From Bugula neritina (taxonomy: Eukaryota; Animalia; Bryozoa), in assembly GCA_964035545.1 (NCBI GenBank), contig OZ037765.1, positions 31,061,504 through 31,125,503 of the forward strand: 64,000 bases of DNA. The letters run 5' to 3'. The notes beneath the pieces were generated by a model. That model worked only from the letters and a program-made list of their open reading frames with translations. It was not told the DNA's origin and did not search any database. A program made the translations under genes and the position numbers. Positions 1-12,020 of this stretch are shown in pieces; positions within the stretch are counted from its first letter, which is position 1, and every line of letters starts with the position of its first letter.

Positions 1-12
1 AAACTGCCTTAC

Positions 13-3000
13 TATGATGAGAAGGTCAGCATGCGTCCCCGAGAACACTGGAATGTCCATAGGAACTCGGGTGGTGTACGGTTTATTCAATCTCACACCA
101 AAGTTACGCTCTCCACTCAAAAGAAGAATGATGAAGACACCAATATGCATCATACCGACTCGAGCTGCAAAAGATAAACGTGTGACCGACAACAGAGACA
201 AAACTAATGCCGATAACTGTCCTCAACTGAACTTGAGTTTAATCCTGAAAATTTTTCGAAATCAAAATTGAAAAATCTGATCAAAGGCCACCACTGTAGT
301 TGACGAATACAAAACAAACTTAAATGTCTTAAAGTTAAAGTTTAAAAGTTTAAAACATTTAATACTCATAGATTTTATTTCAGCTACGGATTTAAATTAA
401 CAAGATTGAAAATTTATGGTTGTAATTAAAACACATTTGAGTCAAAAATTTAAGATGATTGAAAAGAGAAGATAACTATAATATAATAAATATCCTACAT
501 TGGTCAGCTCTGGCGTCATTCAAATGATAGAGTATGGGGACCAAGACCTCTAGAACATCACTACTCTTTAGCACATAGAACATGAAAGTCTACAAATCAT
601 TGTTATACAAGTCATTACCATAATGCTGTGTATTTATAACAAGACATGCTTGCTTACATTGAACGTTGATAACATGTCAAAGAGCTAGTAATATACAAAT
701 GAAGCAAACAGTGATTTCAGAGTAGTTTTTATAACTTAAACTGTTTATCAACAAAAAAAATTCATCCTGAAATAATTAAACTAAATGGATATTATATCAA
801 ATATTAGGCAATGAATAAAATTTTATGTAAGATTTTTTTAATTACAGTACAGTGTTACAGTGCAGTGTTACAGTACAGTGTTACAGTACAGTGTTACAGT
901 ACAGTGTTACAGTACAGTGTTACGGTACAATGTTACGGTACAATGATACAGTAATGTGTTACAGTGCAGTGTTACAGCGCAGTGTTACAGTACAGTGTTA
1001 CAGTGTAGTGTTACAGTACAGTGTTACAGTGCAGTGTTATACAGTATATCAGTACAGTGTTACAGTATATCAGTACAGTGTTACAGTACAGTGTTACAGT
1101 ACAGTGTTACAGTACAGTGTTACAGTACAGTGTTACAGTATATCAGTACAGTGTTACCTTGTTGATGTCACACATCTTCCAGAACAGGACGAGCATCTCC
1201 TGGTAGAACTGAATCTTCTTACAAGAACCTGGAAGATACGTCTGAGTCAAGGGGTTGTTTAGCAAACGTGTCAGTCCTTTCAACATAAACGCAAAATCCT
1301 ACAACATAAACCAATCAAAACGTCTAAAAACAAACCAACACAAACTCGTAATTTATTCTGTCAAATAACTTTCCTCTATTAGGACATACTTATTCACCTC
1401 TACTAAGACATATTTACCTTTACCAAGATATACTTACCTCTACTAAGATATACTTACATCTACTAAGACAACTTACCCTTACTAAAACATCTTACCTCTT
1501 CTCGGTGAATTCTGGATAAATAGTTGACAAAGAGATTCTTAAATCCGGTTTCCTAAAACATGAATTAGAAAACTTACAGCTGACAAAACTTCAAATGTAG
1601 CACCTGTATTCAGATGTCAGAGTGCAGCAGGTGTCTGCCAGGTCATAACATACTGTATACGTAGAAAGGTGTCATGATATCTCACCGAGTTTTCAGAGCC
1701 ATCTTCTGAGTGAGACTCGAGGTCGTTCTCGAGACAGACACACATCACCTGGATGGCCACTTCAACCAGAGGCTCCCGTATATCGGTGACCATGAGATGG
1801 TTGTACGGGACTCCGTAGCCAACAGGATCGTAGGAACAGATGACATTGAGTAAAGAGGTGAACAATGGCAGAGCATGTCTGCAATACAACATGGCACAAA
1901 CTTGATGTCAGGGGAAGCAACTTCGCAATGATCAATTTTATAATTACGTGCATTCCTAAAAATCTTGGCTAAAATTTCCTTTTTTGTCTTGACGTATTCT
2001 ATATTTTAGAAATAATAACTAAATTGACGAACAGAATTCTAATGTGTAGAGTAAATATACCCCGTGACAAGATTACCTGTTTTCAGTAGATGTCAAATAT
2101 TCAACCCAGGGATTAGGGACAAGCTGATGATCTGAAATGGAGACAACAGACGACTAGTAGAAAGTTTAGATGCAAAATAATAGCCAACAGTCACAAAACA
2201 CATACAAGATAAATATGGAAGGTGTGACAAGCTGAAACCTAGAATATAACACACACAGACTTACCATTATTGATTTGATACATTGTGTAAGAAATACATG
2301 TTAGTATTAACTTGAGTATCTCAGTTTTATTCCCGTCATGCACAGTGTTGGTAGGAGGGGAGGTAGCAAACCCGACCCCAGCCGCCCATATGTATTCACA
2401 GCTATCAATTGATTGCAGATCTTCAGCGGTGTCCTAGTGAGTATAGCATATAATTAACCCACCAGATATAAAATCCACTAAACTATAATGACCAGTTTCT
2501 ATATTTCAAATAGCATGCATTAAACAGATACCAATACAAACCACATGTCTATGCTATCATATTGCATGCAGTAAGTTACGTGTACTCACCGGGCCCTCCT
2601 TTCGAATGTACTGCACAGTAAAATCTGGACAAAAGAGCAAATCCTACAAAGAAAAAATGGAGTATAAAAACACCAAAGAACAAATAAGTAAACTGACTTA
2701 AAAATATAAACAAATAATAATATAGTTGTGAAATTAAAACTAGCAAAACATATCCTCCCTTTACAGATAAAACATTTTAAAAACAAATATTTTTTATTAA
2801 ATTATTTCTTAAGAAAACATTGTATTTATAAAATCATTATGTGAAGTATTTTGTCATTTAACATATCATGTCATGGTAACAAGTGTTTGTATCTTGCATA
2901 TATCGGAGTAGATATTACTACTCACACACAGAGCATCTACGAGGTTGTGTGCTAAAGGTGCGCCAGGCTCTGTGCTCACATACTCTGCGTGGCTAGGAAT

Positions 3001-5103
3001 TGGAGACCAGAAGAAGCCACTCCAATCCACATCCTCAAATATGTAGGGTATGAGTCTCGTGAGAAGACGAATGCAGTTCAGCACTACAACCAAACGAGAG
3101 GTGATGCAACACCATTGCATTACCACAGTTGGGTGAAATATTAGTAATAACTCACTAAAGTTAAGGTCTTGTAAGGTTCACAGTCATATGTAAAAACTTG
3201 TTTTGCACATGCTCTGATAGACTTTGCAGACAAATCATTGGCTGCATCAACAGAAGAGAATTTTCACGAAAGTAACTTGAGATTAAAAATTTTTTCTAAG
3301 AATCCAACCTGTTTGCTGCTCGTGGACAGAGTTACACATGTTTTGAGCAGCTGATACAATCCTTTCAACTGCCTTGTAGCAAAGGGTAGCCATATTTGAT
3401 GGCATTTCCTCTCGCAATGCTCGCACCTGAAAATTTTTTAAACAAATTTTTGAATAACAAAGATACTTAAGTTTGTTTATCGAAGGGATCAGCCATGGTC
3501 TACGAGTTAGAGCATTTGCTTAGTAAACACAAAGTCATGGGTTCAAACCCCGACAAAGGCCATTGGTGATGTTAGGAAGAGCATCTAGTCATAATTGCTC
3601 CTGTGCCCCATCTGAATAAGTCCTTAGCCCAATTTAACAAAAAAAACCTTTGCATCAGGGGCCTCTCAGAGGGATAGTGACTATAAACATACTAAAGTTT
3701 ATTTTCAAGTTTTTCATCGAAGAAAAAGCAGAAAAATGATAAATGTAGCTAATTGATGTCTCACCTCAGTTGCAGGAATGAGCGCAAACACATCTTGGAC
3801 ACTAGTTAAGCTTTCAGACCAAAATTGGCTCCAAAAAGTTTCATTATTAGCTTCAACAGGCTAAAAACATTACATGAAGTAGCAAAGTATAAATATCACA
3901 TTGAAATAGTGAAGTTTTAGGTCATTTAGAAAACATTTTAATATTATTAGTATGAGCATAAATATTACTATCACCTTTACTTTTGAATTTTTTAGACATT
4001 TTATTTCAACATAATATTAATAGTACCAATTATTTTACTATTGGTGTTAGCTTTTTAATTTTAAATTTAATATTGATGAAAATATAAATATTATAGTTGT
4101 ATTTTAATTTAATTTTCTAATAAATATAATTTTTTTATTAATAAACTGTTATTTAACTTAATTTTTATTTTACTACAAATAATAATATATATTAAAGACT
4201 GTCACTTATACATTGGTCTACACAACGACAGGCACCGCTGTTCAACCCAATCAAAGGCTGTATCTCAGGGTCAAATCGATCAGCAGACGCCTACAAGCTA
4301 CACAATATATATTAATATTTACATAAACTGTCATGATGATTGCTTATAGTGATAATCTTCTAGCTTAAACTTAATTAGAAATTTTGTAAAATAATCACAA
4401 TGATAATCATAATGACCTAAATATAATGAATATTAATCATAATGATAAGCTTAAACTGTTAGTGTTAAACCAGTTAAAGCCAAAGTCAAACTGAAACTGA
4501 AACTAAACTAAAACTATGGCTAAATCAATTAGTATCAGTATTACTATTACTATTACTATTAGTATTACTAATAGTAATTAGTAGTTAGATAAATCGAAAT
4601 TTACTAACTCTAAGTTTAAATACTATTAGTATTACAATTAGTATTACTATTACTATTAGTATTACTATTAGTATTAGACTCACAGTTAGTAATATTCTAA
4701 TAAAATTAGTATAAGTATAAATTAAAGTAAAAGCAGAAGTTAAAGTATTAGACTTCGTATTACTAAGACTGTAACTGTAAGTTACACTGTGTAAGTGTAT
4801 TACATTTTTAATTAGTTTTACTTTTAGTTTTACTAAATTCAAATTAGTTATTACTATTACTATAACTATAAGTTATAGTATAACTATAAGTATAACACTA
4901 TAACTATAAGTATAACTATAACTTAAACTATTACTATTACTATTAGTATTAGTATTACTATTACTATTAGTATTACTATTAGTATTACTATTAGTATTAG
5001 TATTATAATTAGGTTATGCAGAATGAGAATATCTTACTTGTGTTTTCGAGGTCAGTTCAATAACTGCTTTTCTAAAATTCAACTTAGAATCTGAATTTCC
5101 CAT
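13..5103 (-). CDS. HID1: HID1 domain protein (dense-core vesicle/Golgi), 5' part; 12 exons in window, continues beyond left edge
   Basis: Exon 1 (5038-5103) encodes MGNSDSKLNFRKAVIELTSKTQ with an N-myristoylation Gly2. Later GT-AG exons encode PVEANNETFWSQFW..VQDVFALIPATE (~3766-3860), VRALREEMPSNMATLCYKAVE (~3310-3426), LNCIRLLTRLIPYIFEDVDW (~2925-3090), DLLFCPDFTV, SCEYIWAAGVG, HALPLFTSLLNVICSYDPVGYGVPYNHL, NLFVNYLSRIHREE, DFAFMLKGLTRLLNNPL, VLKSSDVLEVLVPILYHLNDARADQ and SRVGMMHIGVFIILLLSGERNFGVRLNKPY (13-164). These match the HID1 family as I recall it. Confidence 0.95.
843..1157. repeat. 13-bp minisatellite (CAGTGTTACAGTA)n in a HID1 intron, starting at the splice donor
   Basis: Direct tandem array. 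It explains the repetitive ORFs at 852, 956 and 1021. Confidence 0.95.
1370..1495. repeat. Degenerate ~20-bp tandem repeat containing copies of the HID1 splice donor
   Basis: Units such as tacttacctctactaagaca (minus strand AG|GTAAGT) lie next to the true donor at 1495. Confidence 0.75.
3485..3690 (+). mobile_element. tRNA-derived SINE (degenerate) in HID1 intron 2
   Basis: The GGG start, A-box-like TGGTCTACGAGTT and B-box GGGTTCAAACCC have tRNA spacing, followed by a non-tRNA body (cattggtgatgttaggaagagcatc...). No intact cloverleaf. Confidence 0.7.
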
Positions 5104-5921
5104 AGCTAGTGGAATAAATAGCAACCATATGGCAATGGTGAGTGTGTATATCTTTTACATACAGTAACAGGACGGGCGCAAAAAGCAATACGATGTCAAA
5201 ATAATATTATAATAATGTGCCATGTAGTAATGGTTCTACGGTTAGCTGCTTACACACTGAGCTGGAATATACCTGGAGAGGCCAAGGACGTTTTAGCGTG
5301 GCCAAATAGTTTAGCTCCGCCTTAACATGGAAAACTTAACCACGCCTACTTGTTTTGCACACAGCAGTAGTAGTAAAATCCATTATAAATGCAAGCTATT
5401 AGAGCTAATAAATTAAGGAAAACACTAAAAAATAATGAAAATTCAGCACTGTGAAGCAGGAATCAATTATTTTGTTTATTTTACTTTTGGTATTTGTAAT
5501 TTCATGACTAATTATCATTTTATGAAACATGTACCTCAAGTATATATGATGATAACTTTAATAACCTAACAAATGCATTACATATTTATTGATTAGATCA
5601 ACACATTAGTCAAAATGAAATGAAAAGCAACAGCAAAGCAAATTTCAGCCTTAGTACATGAAAACTGACAGTAAAGATAACAAGTATAAAAGTTTATAAA
5701 TAATATAAAAAACAGATGGTAAAACACAGCTTTACAAAACAGGCAAGTAACAGATTTCCTTAAACCTTTCAAAGTTTTAAATTCTGTTTTGAAAGCAATA
5801 AGAGATTAAAATAAAATTACAGAATAAACAAAAATTAATATTATATTGCAATAACAATATTTGTGATTATCTAATGTTATAATATAAATACAATAAATAT
5901 GATTAATTAACCACATCCTTA

Positions 5922-8900
5922 TTACTGGCCTCTAAACAGTACATTTTTGTTGCTACATTGCCTGAAATTTAGTTTGTGCATAGCAATATTTGTTAGTTTA
6001 GCAATGTGGTGCTGGAATAAGTCATAATAAACTTCAATAAGCAAATTTAAAAGGGAGAAATGATGATTTTCAATGCCTAATGATGTTTCCATGGAATGTT
6101 GAGCAATTCCAAATATGTCATATTTACCAATTTCTTGCTTCACATCTATTTGTAGCTGAAGTAATTTCACGAACTTTTGGCCTTTTAGGTGTTTGTGAGT
6201 GCATAAACAAGTGGTAATAACTCCATCTGAAGGTATAGTAAGCCCACCATTGTTTTTAACATGCAATAGTTTTTTGAGCTTACCATACTTGAGACTGCAG
6301 CACTCCTTGTTCACTAGAGCTTGCCTGCACTCTAGACATGTTACTTTTCTTAGTGCCTTTCGGACAACCCACCCAGAGATGTAGACAACAACATTACCCA
6401 AAACAGGGCCAGCTAAAACCCTTACTTTTTCAGCAGGTTTTAACTCATCATGAATGAAGATATCCGCATTATCTTCCTGAGAAAATGGTGGAATATAGCT
6501 AGTTGAAGCGAGAATAGCAGTTGTGTTATCTAATGGCTTAGAATTTCCTGAGTTGCCTGGATGTACACCACATCGGGTCACCAATTTTCTAAAGATAGAC
6601 TGAAAGCCAGTTACAGATGGGTTATTATTCCATCCACCTAAAACAGATATTAGGTTGACGACTTTAAAAAAATGCTTGGACATCAATTGCCTGTTCACAA
6701 TTAATGATTGGATTACGTTTACCCAGAAAAAATGATGTTTTTTAGAACACAAGCAAAACCTTGCATGCAATTAAGCCAAAAAAGTCATTTAATTTAAAAA
6801 ATGCACAATTGCTTTGACACCACAGTTTTGGAAATTTTTGAAAATTCATTATTCTTGTTTCTTGATATTCAAAAGTTGATAAAATATACTTCATATTGCA
6901 TGCATTTTAACCACTAAGCTCATGCAAAAAAATTCACTTTTCAACACAGTTGGTCCAGCCGACCATCTTAGTTGCACCTATCAAAGCAAAGTGAAAAACC
7001 GAACACCTGAAGGAAAGAGATAAGAGAGTAAGAGAACAAATGAACATGTTAACATAAGTGCATGCAGACTGGGCTTCATGCATAGCTGTTCAGAGCTATA
7101 GCATACCACAACGGCGAACTGCATTGAAGAAAAGCTCTAAATGGTCTTGCGAAAATTTATACATTAGCAGATAGTCGAGTGTTTTAGGCACCAACAGTTT
7201 CTCCACCAACCCAAATACTGTGTCAATGGCACATACAAGTCCAGTAATACAAACATGTCTGTAAATAACATAAATAGGGACAGGCACATATTAGATCTGA
7301 AATATAAGCAATTAACACTTTCTTTGTTAATAGGAAATTTACCTTTTGGTCTTGTACAGAGGTATCCCTTCATTATTCTTTAGGCCTAGCAAATATTGCC
7401 GTGTATCTTTCAGAAAAGGAGTGATGACACTGATACCATTGAGATGTAAAGGCTGCTTGTAGCCTTTAGCTATTGCTGATCGACTATTCAGGATGTCAAA
7501 CAACCGATCAACTCGCTACAGAAAAAGTAACATCAACAGAACATGGGACGATTGCAGTTACAGTATTTTAAAGAAATAAAGCCAAAAGCTGTAACAAACC
7601 CTATTTATACCAGGCTTACAGTCAACATTTTCCATCCATCTATAAAACATTAATTGTTGTCACATGATGTAGTCAATATCTAAGGATTATTTTATTTCAA
7701 ATGCTGATTAAAGAACATCTTACCGCCTCAGGGATCGTGGGGATGGGAGTGTCATGTAACTTCTGAGAAACTCATAAGCCTTTGGTGAGTAGAGATGTAG
7801 CGTTAGTGCAAATTTTTGCTGACTTTCTGAGTATTTGCCACGGAGTGGAGTGAATAGGCCATCAGGAACATCTGTATGGTAATATCAACTTTAGACAGAG
7901 TTTCAACTGAAAATGTCAAGGCGTTATTAAATTGTAAAATCATACCAGCAAAACCTTTCAACTTTTCCTCCAATTCACCATTGATCAAACTTTTTTCTCT
8001 GACCAACTTGATGCATTCTGCAAGCTTCATTTTTGATCTTTTGGCACGTCTAGTTGAATTGCTAACTTGCTTCTGTAATTGGCTAACCTTTTCTTCTAAA
8101 AACCTAACTCTTTGCTTCAAAGCATCGGGAGTGGTACTATAGCAATGATCCTGTATCATATGAAATTATTCAACTTTAATACAAAAATAACCAAATGTAG
8201 AAAAAATATATTATTATAGTATACAGCACAGCTATTTACCATAAAGTGGCAAGTAAATACATCAATATTAAGTCATAGTTAAATAAGCTATCTAATAACC
8301 TTAAGAACTACAGCTGCTGAAGTGTTCAAGCTCATTTTAGTGGTTTCAATTGAAATCTCATCTTTTTCTTCAGCACGGCGACTAGTATGAGTAGTTCGGG
8401 GAGTTCTTTTTCTCTAAAAATTGAAATATACAGATGTGCAAGCACAATAATTAATTTTATCATTCCAATGACTGTTGCATGAATATCAACTTACTATAAG
8501 TCTCTCTGGAACAGCAACCAATTCCTCTGCTGGAACAGCTCCACTTCGCAAACGCCGAGGTTGGCTTGTGCTTTCGAAAGAATCGCTATAAAAATGATCG
8601 CTACACAGTAGAGATCTTTCACTAGGTTCTTCTTGGCGGCGAGAAACTTTCCACCAAACATTCCAACGACTGAAGTCCTTCTGCTTGTTGGGAAATCTAA
8701 ATAAAAAAATACTGCACTAGCCAAAATTATTTACAAACTGATATGTTATGCTTTATCAATAGTGCAACCTATTTAAACCATAAAAACATTAAAACTTTAG
8801 GTAACCGTAAAATCCAATATCAATCAACAGAAGATTTTCAATATTTATTAAAGAGAGTAAATTAATCCAGTAATGCTTTAAAAATAATAAACTTGCTGTA

Positions 8901-9724
8901 AATAACATCAACATAATAAAGTTGTTAGCAATAATAATAGTGACATCAATATGAGTAGATATTCAGAGTGAGTCACTCACACTTCGACTTTCACATTTTC
9001 ACATTGTGTAGTTACTGTTATTGTTGATCATAATAATACTATTAGTAATAGTACTATTCATACTCATACTGATACTCGAATTATAATAACAATTTATGAG
9101 TAAGTTACTACTACTACTGAGTACCTGTACTGGTAGTAGTAGTAGTAGTAGTACTAGCAGTTGTAGTACTAGTGCTCTACTAATAACAATAACACTAGCA
9201 GTAGGCTAGTAGTACTAGCAGTTGTAGTACTAGTGCTCTAGTTTCAATAACACTAGCAGCAGGCTAGTAGTAGTAGTAGTAGCAGTAGTAGTAGCAGCAG
9301 CAGTAGTAGTAGTAGTAGTAGCAGCAGCAGCAGTAGCAACAGCAGCAGCAGTAGTACTTTTATACTGGTACCGTAAGTATAGCATTAGGCTTAGCTATTA
9401 GTATTACTATTAGTATTAGTGTATTACTATAGTACTACTATTACTAGTAGTAGACGTAGTAGAGTACTACTACTACTAGTACTAGTACTACTAGTAGGCA
9501 GCAGCACCGCTACCACAACTATTAAGCCTACTGTTACGCTAGTTAATGTATTACTTTTACTGATTTTTGTAACTAAAGCCATATACTTACTTGTGAAAAG
9601 AGATTTTTTTGTCTTTACTGTAACTGCTGTACTGGTAGTTGCGGCAATTGTATGCATAACACTGAGACCCAGTGGTCTTGCTTCTTTGACCCTTAGTTTG
9701 CTTAGGATACGGAGAATTCGACAT
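5922..9724 (-). CDS. THAP9/P-element-like transposase, 9 exons, ~627 aa, lacking the central DD/GTP-binding region
   Basis: Exons are 9591-9724, 8495-8696, 8300-8413, 7946-8150, 7724-7871, 7600-7639, 7343-7515, 7107-7258 and 5922-6637. All are GT-AG and phase-compatible (1884 nt, no internal stop). Motifs: THAP (CYAYNC..FHKFP..W..LCSDHF..AVP), DHCY, coiled coil, FALTLHLYSPKAYEFLR..LPSPRSLRRW, DRLFDILNSR, YKFSQDHLELFFNAVR-GGWNNNP and a C-terminal CxxC. Confidence 0.88.
9100..9500. repeat. (TAG/CAG)n trinucleotide low-complexity tract in transposase intron 1
   Basis: Direct agtagtagcagc runs. They explain ORFs 9419 and 9427. Confidence 0.9.
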
Positions 9725-10087
9725 GTTCAACGAAGTAGTGGTGATAGAGAACACAATTAAATAAAAATATAGTTGCTTGAGATATAAAGCAGAACAAAAA
9801 ACAAAGTTTAAAAGTGAGATTCACTCAATCGAAATGATGGACGACCGGCTCTATTTTCTCCCGCTAGAAAAAGAGCATGCTCGGGCTCACAAAGCCAATC
9901 GGCAACGAGGTTACATTACAAAGTACACCCGTACCCATTCCAGATATTATTGAGTTCATTGTGCTTACAGTCTATCAAGTACATATGTTTTACGAGGATG
10001 TGCATGTTATCATCGTTAAATTAACAAAGCGTTTGAAGTTTGCAGGCTAAGAAGTGAGTCCATTTGACTGGTTTTCCACCCAAACAT

Positions 10088-10181
10088 CCAATCAAAGGGT
10101 TAATTAATCATTCTGCATCCAATCAGCGTGATCTATTAACTTTAGCCCTTCGCATCCAACTAGATACCAGATTTGACCAAT
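10088..10181. promoter_or_regulatory. CCAAT-box cluster, probable SPSB3 (and pre-insertion HID1) promoter
   Basis: CCAAT occurs at 10088, 10119 (31-bp spacing, NF-Y-like) and 10177, between the divergent HID1 and SPSB3 genes. Confidence 0.45.
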
Positions 10182-10812
10182 AACAGAGAAATTTGTTAAC
10201 CCGAGTCTACATTTTTACTTGATCACTAAAGGGGCCTTCCTAACTAACACCCATCTTGAACATTTATAGCGTGAGTTTTATCAATATATTTTGCAGTTGT
10301 AAACAAAGTTGTAGAGCCTTCTAAAACTCTAACTGTTACCCACTTGGCGTTGTAAATAAAGAATCTTGCAGACTTAAAGATATCATTCAGATGTAATTCT
10401 CATAATCTCGTAGACTTTGTGGCTTAATAATTATGCAGGGACAATAATAAAGACTATCTTCATCGTGATAAAATTAGATAATAAAATTAGATGACAGCTT
10501 TTGACTTTAACTCTAAGTTTAAGTTCAGTTTGAGTTATCAAGTTTATCACCACCAGACTCACTCTCAGTATGGATATGAGTATCAGTCTCAGTATGGGTA
10601 TCACTATGAGTATGACTACTAGTATTATAACTATGGCTATTACTATGAATAAGTTTAATGAATATTATTCTTAATAGAATATACATGTTTGTATATTTAT
10701 ATGGTTGCGATATAATTTATTGATTATATCAATAGCAAATTGAAATTAAACTGCTAAATACTGATAACTGTCTGATAGTGATATCAATAATTGAAAATCA
10801 ATGTAATAGTAA

Positions 10813-11186
10813 TTTCTGGGAGCTAGTCTTGAAGAGCACAAAACCAACAAGTGCATAAGGCAGGAAGCGAATGTCACAGTTGTGTTGGAACTGGTGTAAA
10901 GAAGAAGGTTACAGTGGTTTGGACATGTATGCAAAAGAAAGGAAGAAGATGACATCAGAAGAGTACATGGGATAAGAGTTCAAGAAAAAAAAATCGGGGA
11001 CGCCCTAAGCATAGATAGAAGAAGACAATCAAGAAAGATCTCCAATCCTGTTACCTCAATGAAGAGGACACTCAGGACAGGGTTAGGTGGAGAAGCCTAA
11101 TTGAGCTAGGCCTCTGACAGCCACCGGCTACACAAACAAGACAGAGTGGACATATGTGAGGATAGGTGTGAATATGATGATGATGT
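10813..11186 (+). mobile_element. 5'-truncated, decayed RTE-clade LINE 3' end
   Basis: Translates as ..*RRRLQWFGHVCKRKEEDDIRRVHGIRVQEKKNRGRPKHR*KKTIKKDL..DRVRWRSLI, a typical RTE ORF C-terminus with in-frame stops, and ends in a (GAT)n tail. Confidence 0.85.
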
Positions 11187-12020
11187 TAAAATCTTTTACA
11201 CCATGATTATCATCAGTATTACAACTACTATGTCTATTAGCATTAGCATCAATATAAGTTAGTTAAACTTAGTATAGCCATAATTATAAGTATTACTTAT
11301 AGTTATACTATTACTATTAGTATTAGTATTTTATTTTCATTTAACCAATTTTAGTATCACTGTATCTGTATGTGTTTTTACTATGAAATTAAATTTGATA
11401 CTAGCACTGAAGTTATTTATGCTGTAAGTTTAATTAAAGTAAAAAGATACTGACATTACTGATCGCTATTAGTCAAATTAAAACCGAATGTTACATTAAA
11501 CTTGCTTGCGTTTATATCTTTTTGCACATCATGTTTAGTGTTAGGCTTACATTTGACTCAATAAACACCAACTAGTGTTAGTTACTGTTTCAGTAGTACT
11601 AATACTCATACTGCCACTCAGACTCATTGCTCTCGCTTCTTTAATAGTTATGATGATCAAACTGACTTTTTCTTTAGCATTAAAGTATTTACACTGATAT
11701 TATCCAAAGTAATGCACAGCCCTTTCTTCAAAATTGGTGCTAATTTGCTGAGCAGTTTAGCAGTTTTGTATTGATGTGCAAGTAAACCCATTCTTTACAA
11801 GACTCTTTGTAAACACAATTAAAATGTGTCACAAAAAATCTTCCAATATTCTTACTAAGTACATGTTAAAGCATTGCTGTTTTAAATTGTCTACTCAATT
11901 TTGTGATGATTAGTTTCATAAGTCGTATTTTTTTATAAAAAAGATCTTTGATGTACAGGTTGTGAGAACGTGTATACATTAATAGATTTTGGCCATGCGC
12001 CGTGTGAACGCTTTGTAGTA

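Larger units (their letters stand above)
5255..9961 (-). mobile_element. P-superfamily (THAP9-like) DNA transposon, 4707 bp
   Basis: Perfect 8-bp direct repeat TGCTTACA at 5247-5254 and 9962-9969. Termini are imperfect inverted repeats: CACTGAGCTGGAATATACCTGGA versus reverse-complement CAATGAACTCAATAATATCTGGA. The element encloses a THAP transposase gene. Confidence 0.88.

Noticed and set aside
852-1262. Repetitive Cys/Val/Tyr-rich ORFs (also 42883-43371, 46464-46878, 44366-44823, 9419-9760)
   Set aside because: Products of intronic minisatellites. Only the parts overlapping true SLCO exons are coding.
3485-3560. tRNA gene
   Set aside because: A/B boxes are present but the stems do not pair and a non-tRNA body follows, so I treated it as a SINE.
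5922-6770. Stand-alone 282-aa gene
   Set aside because: It is the last exon of the transposase (acceptor at 6638). The upstream part of the ORF is intron.
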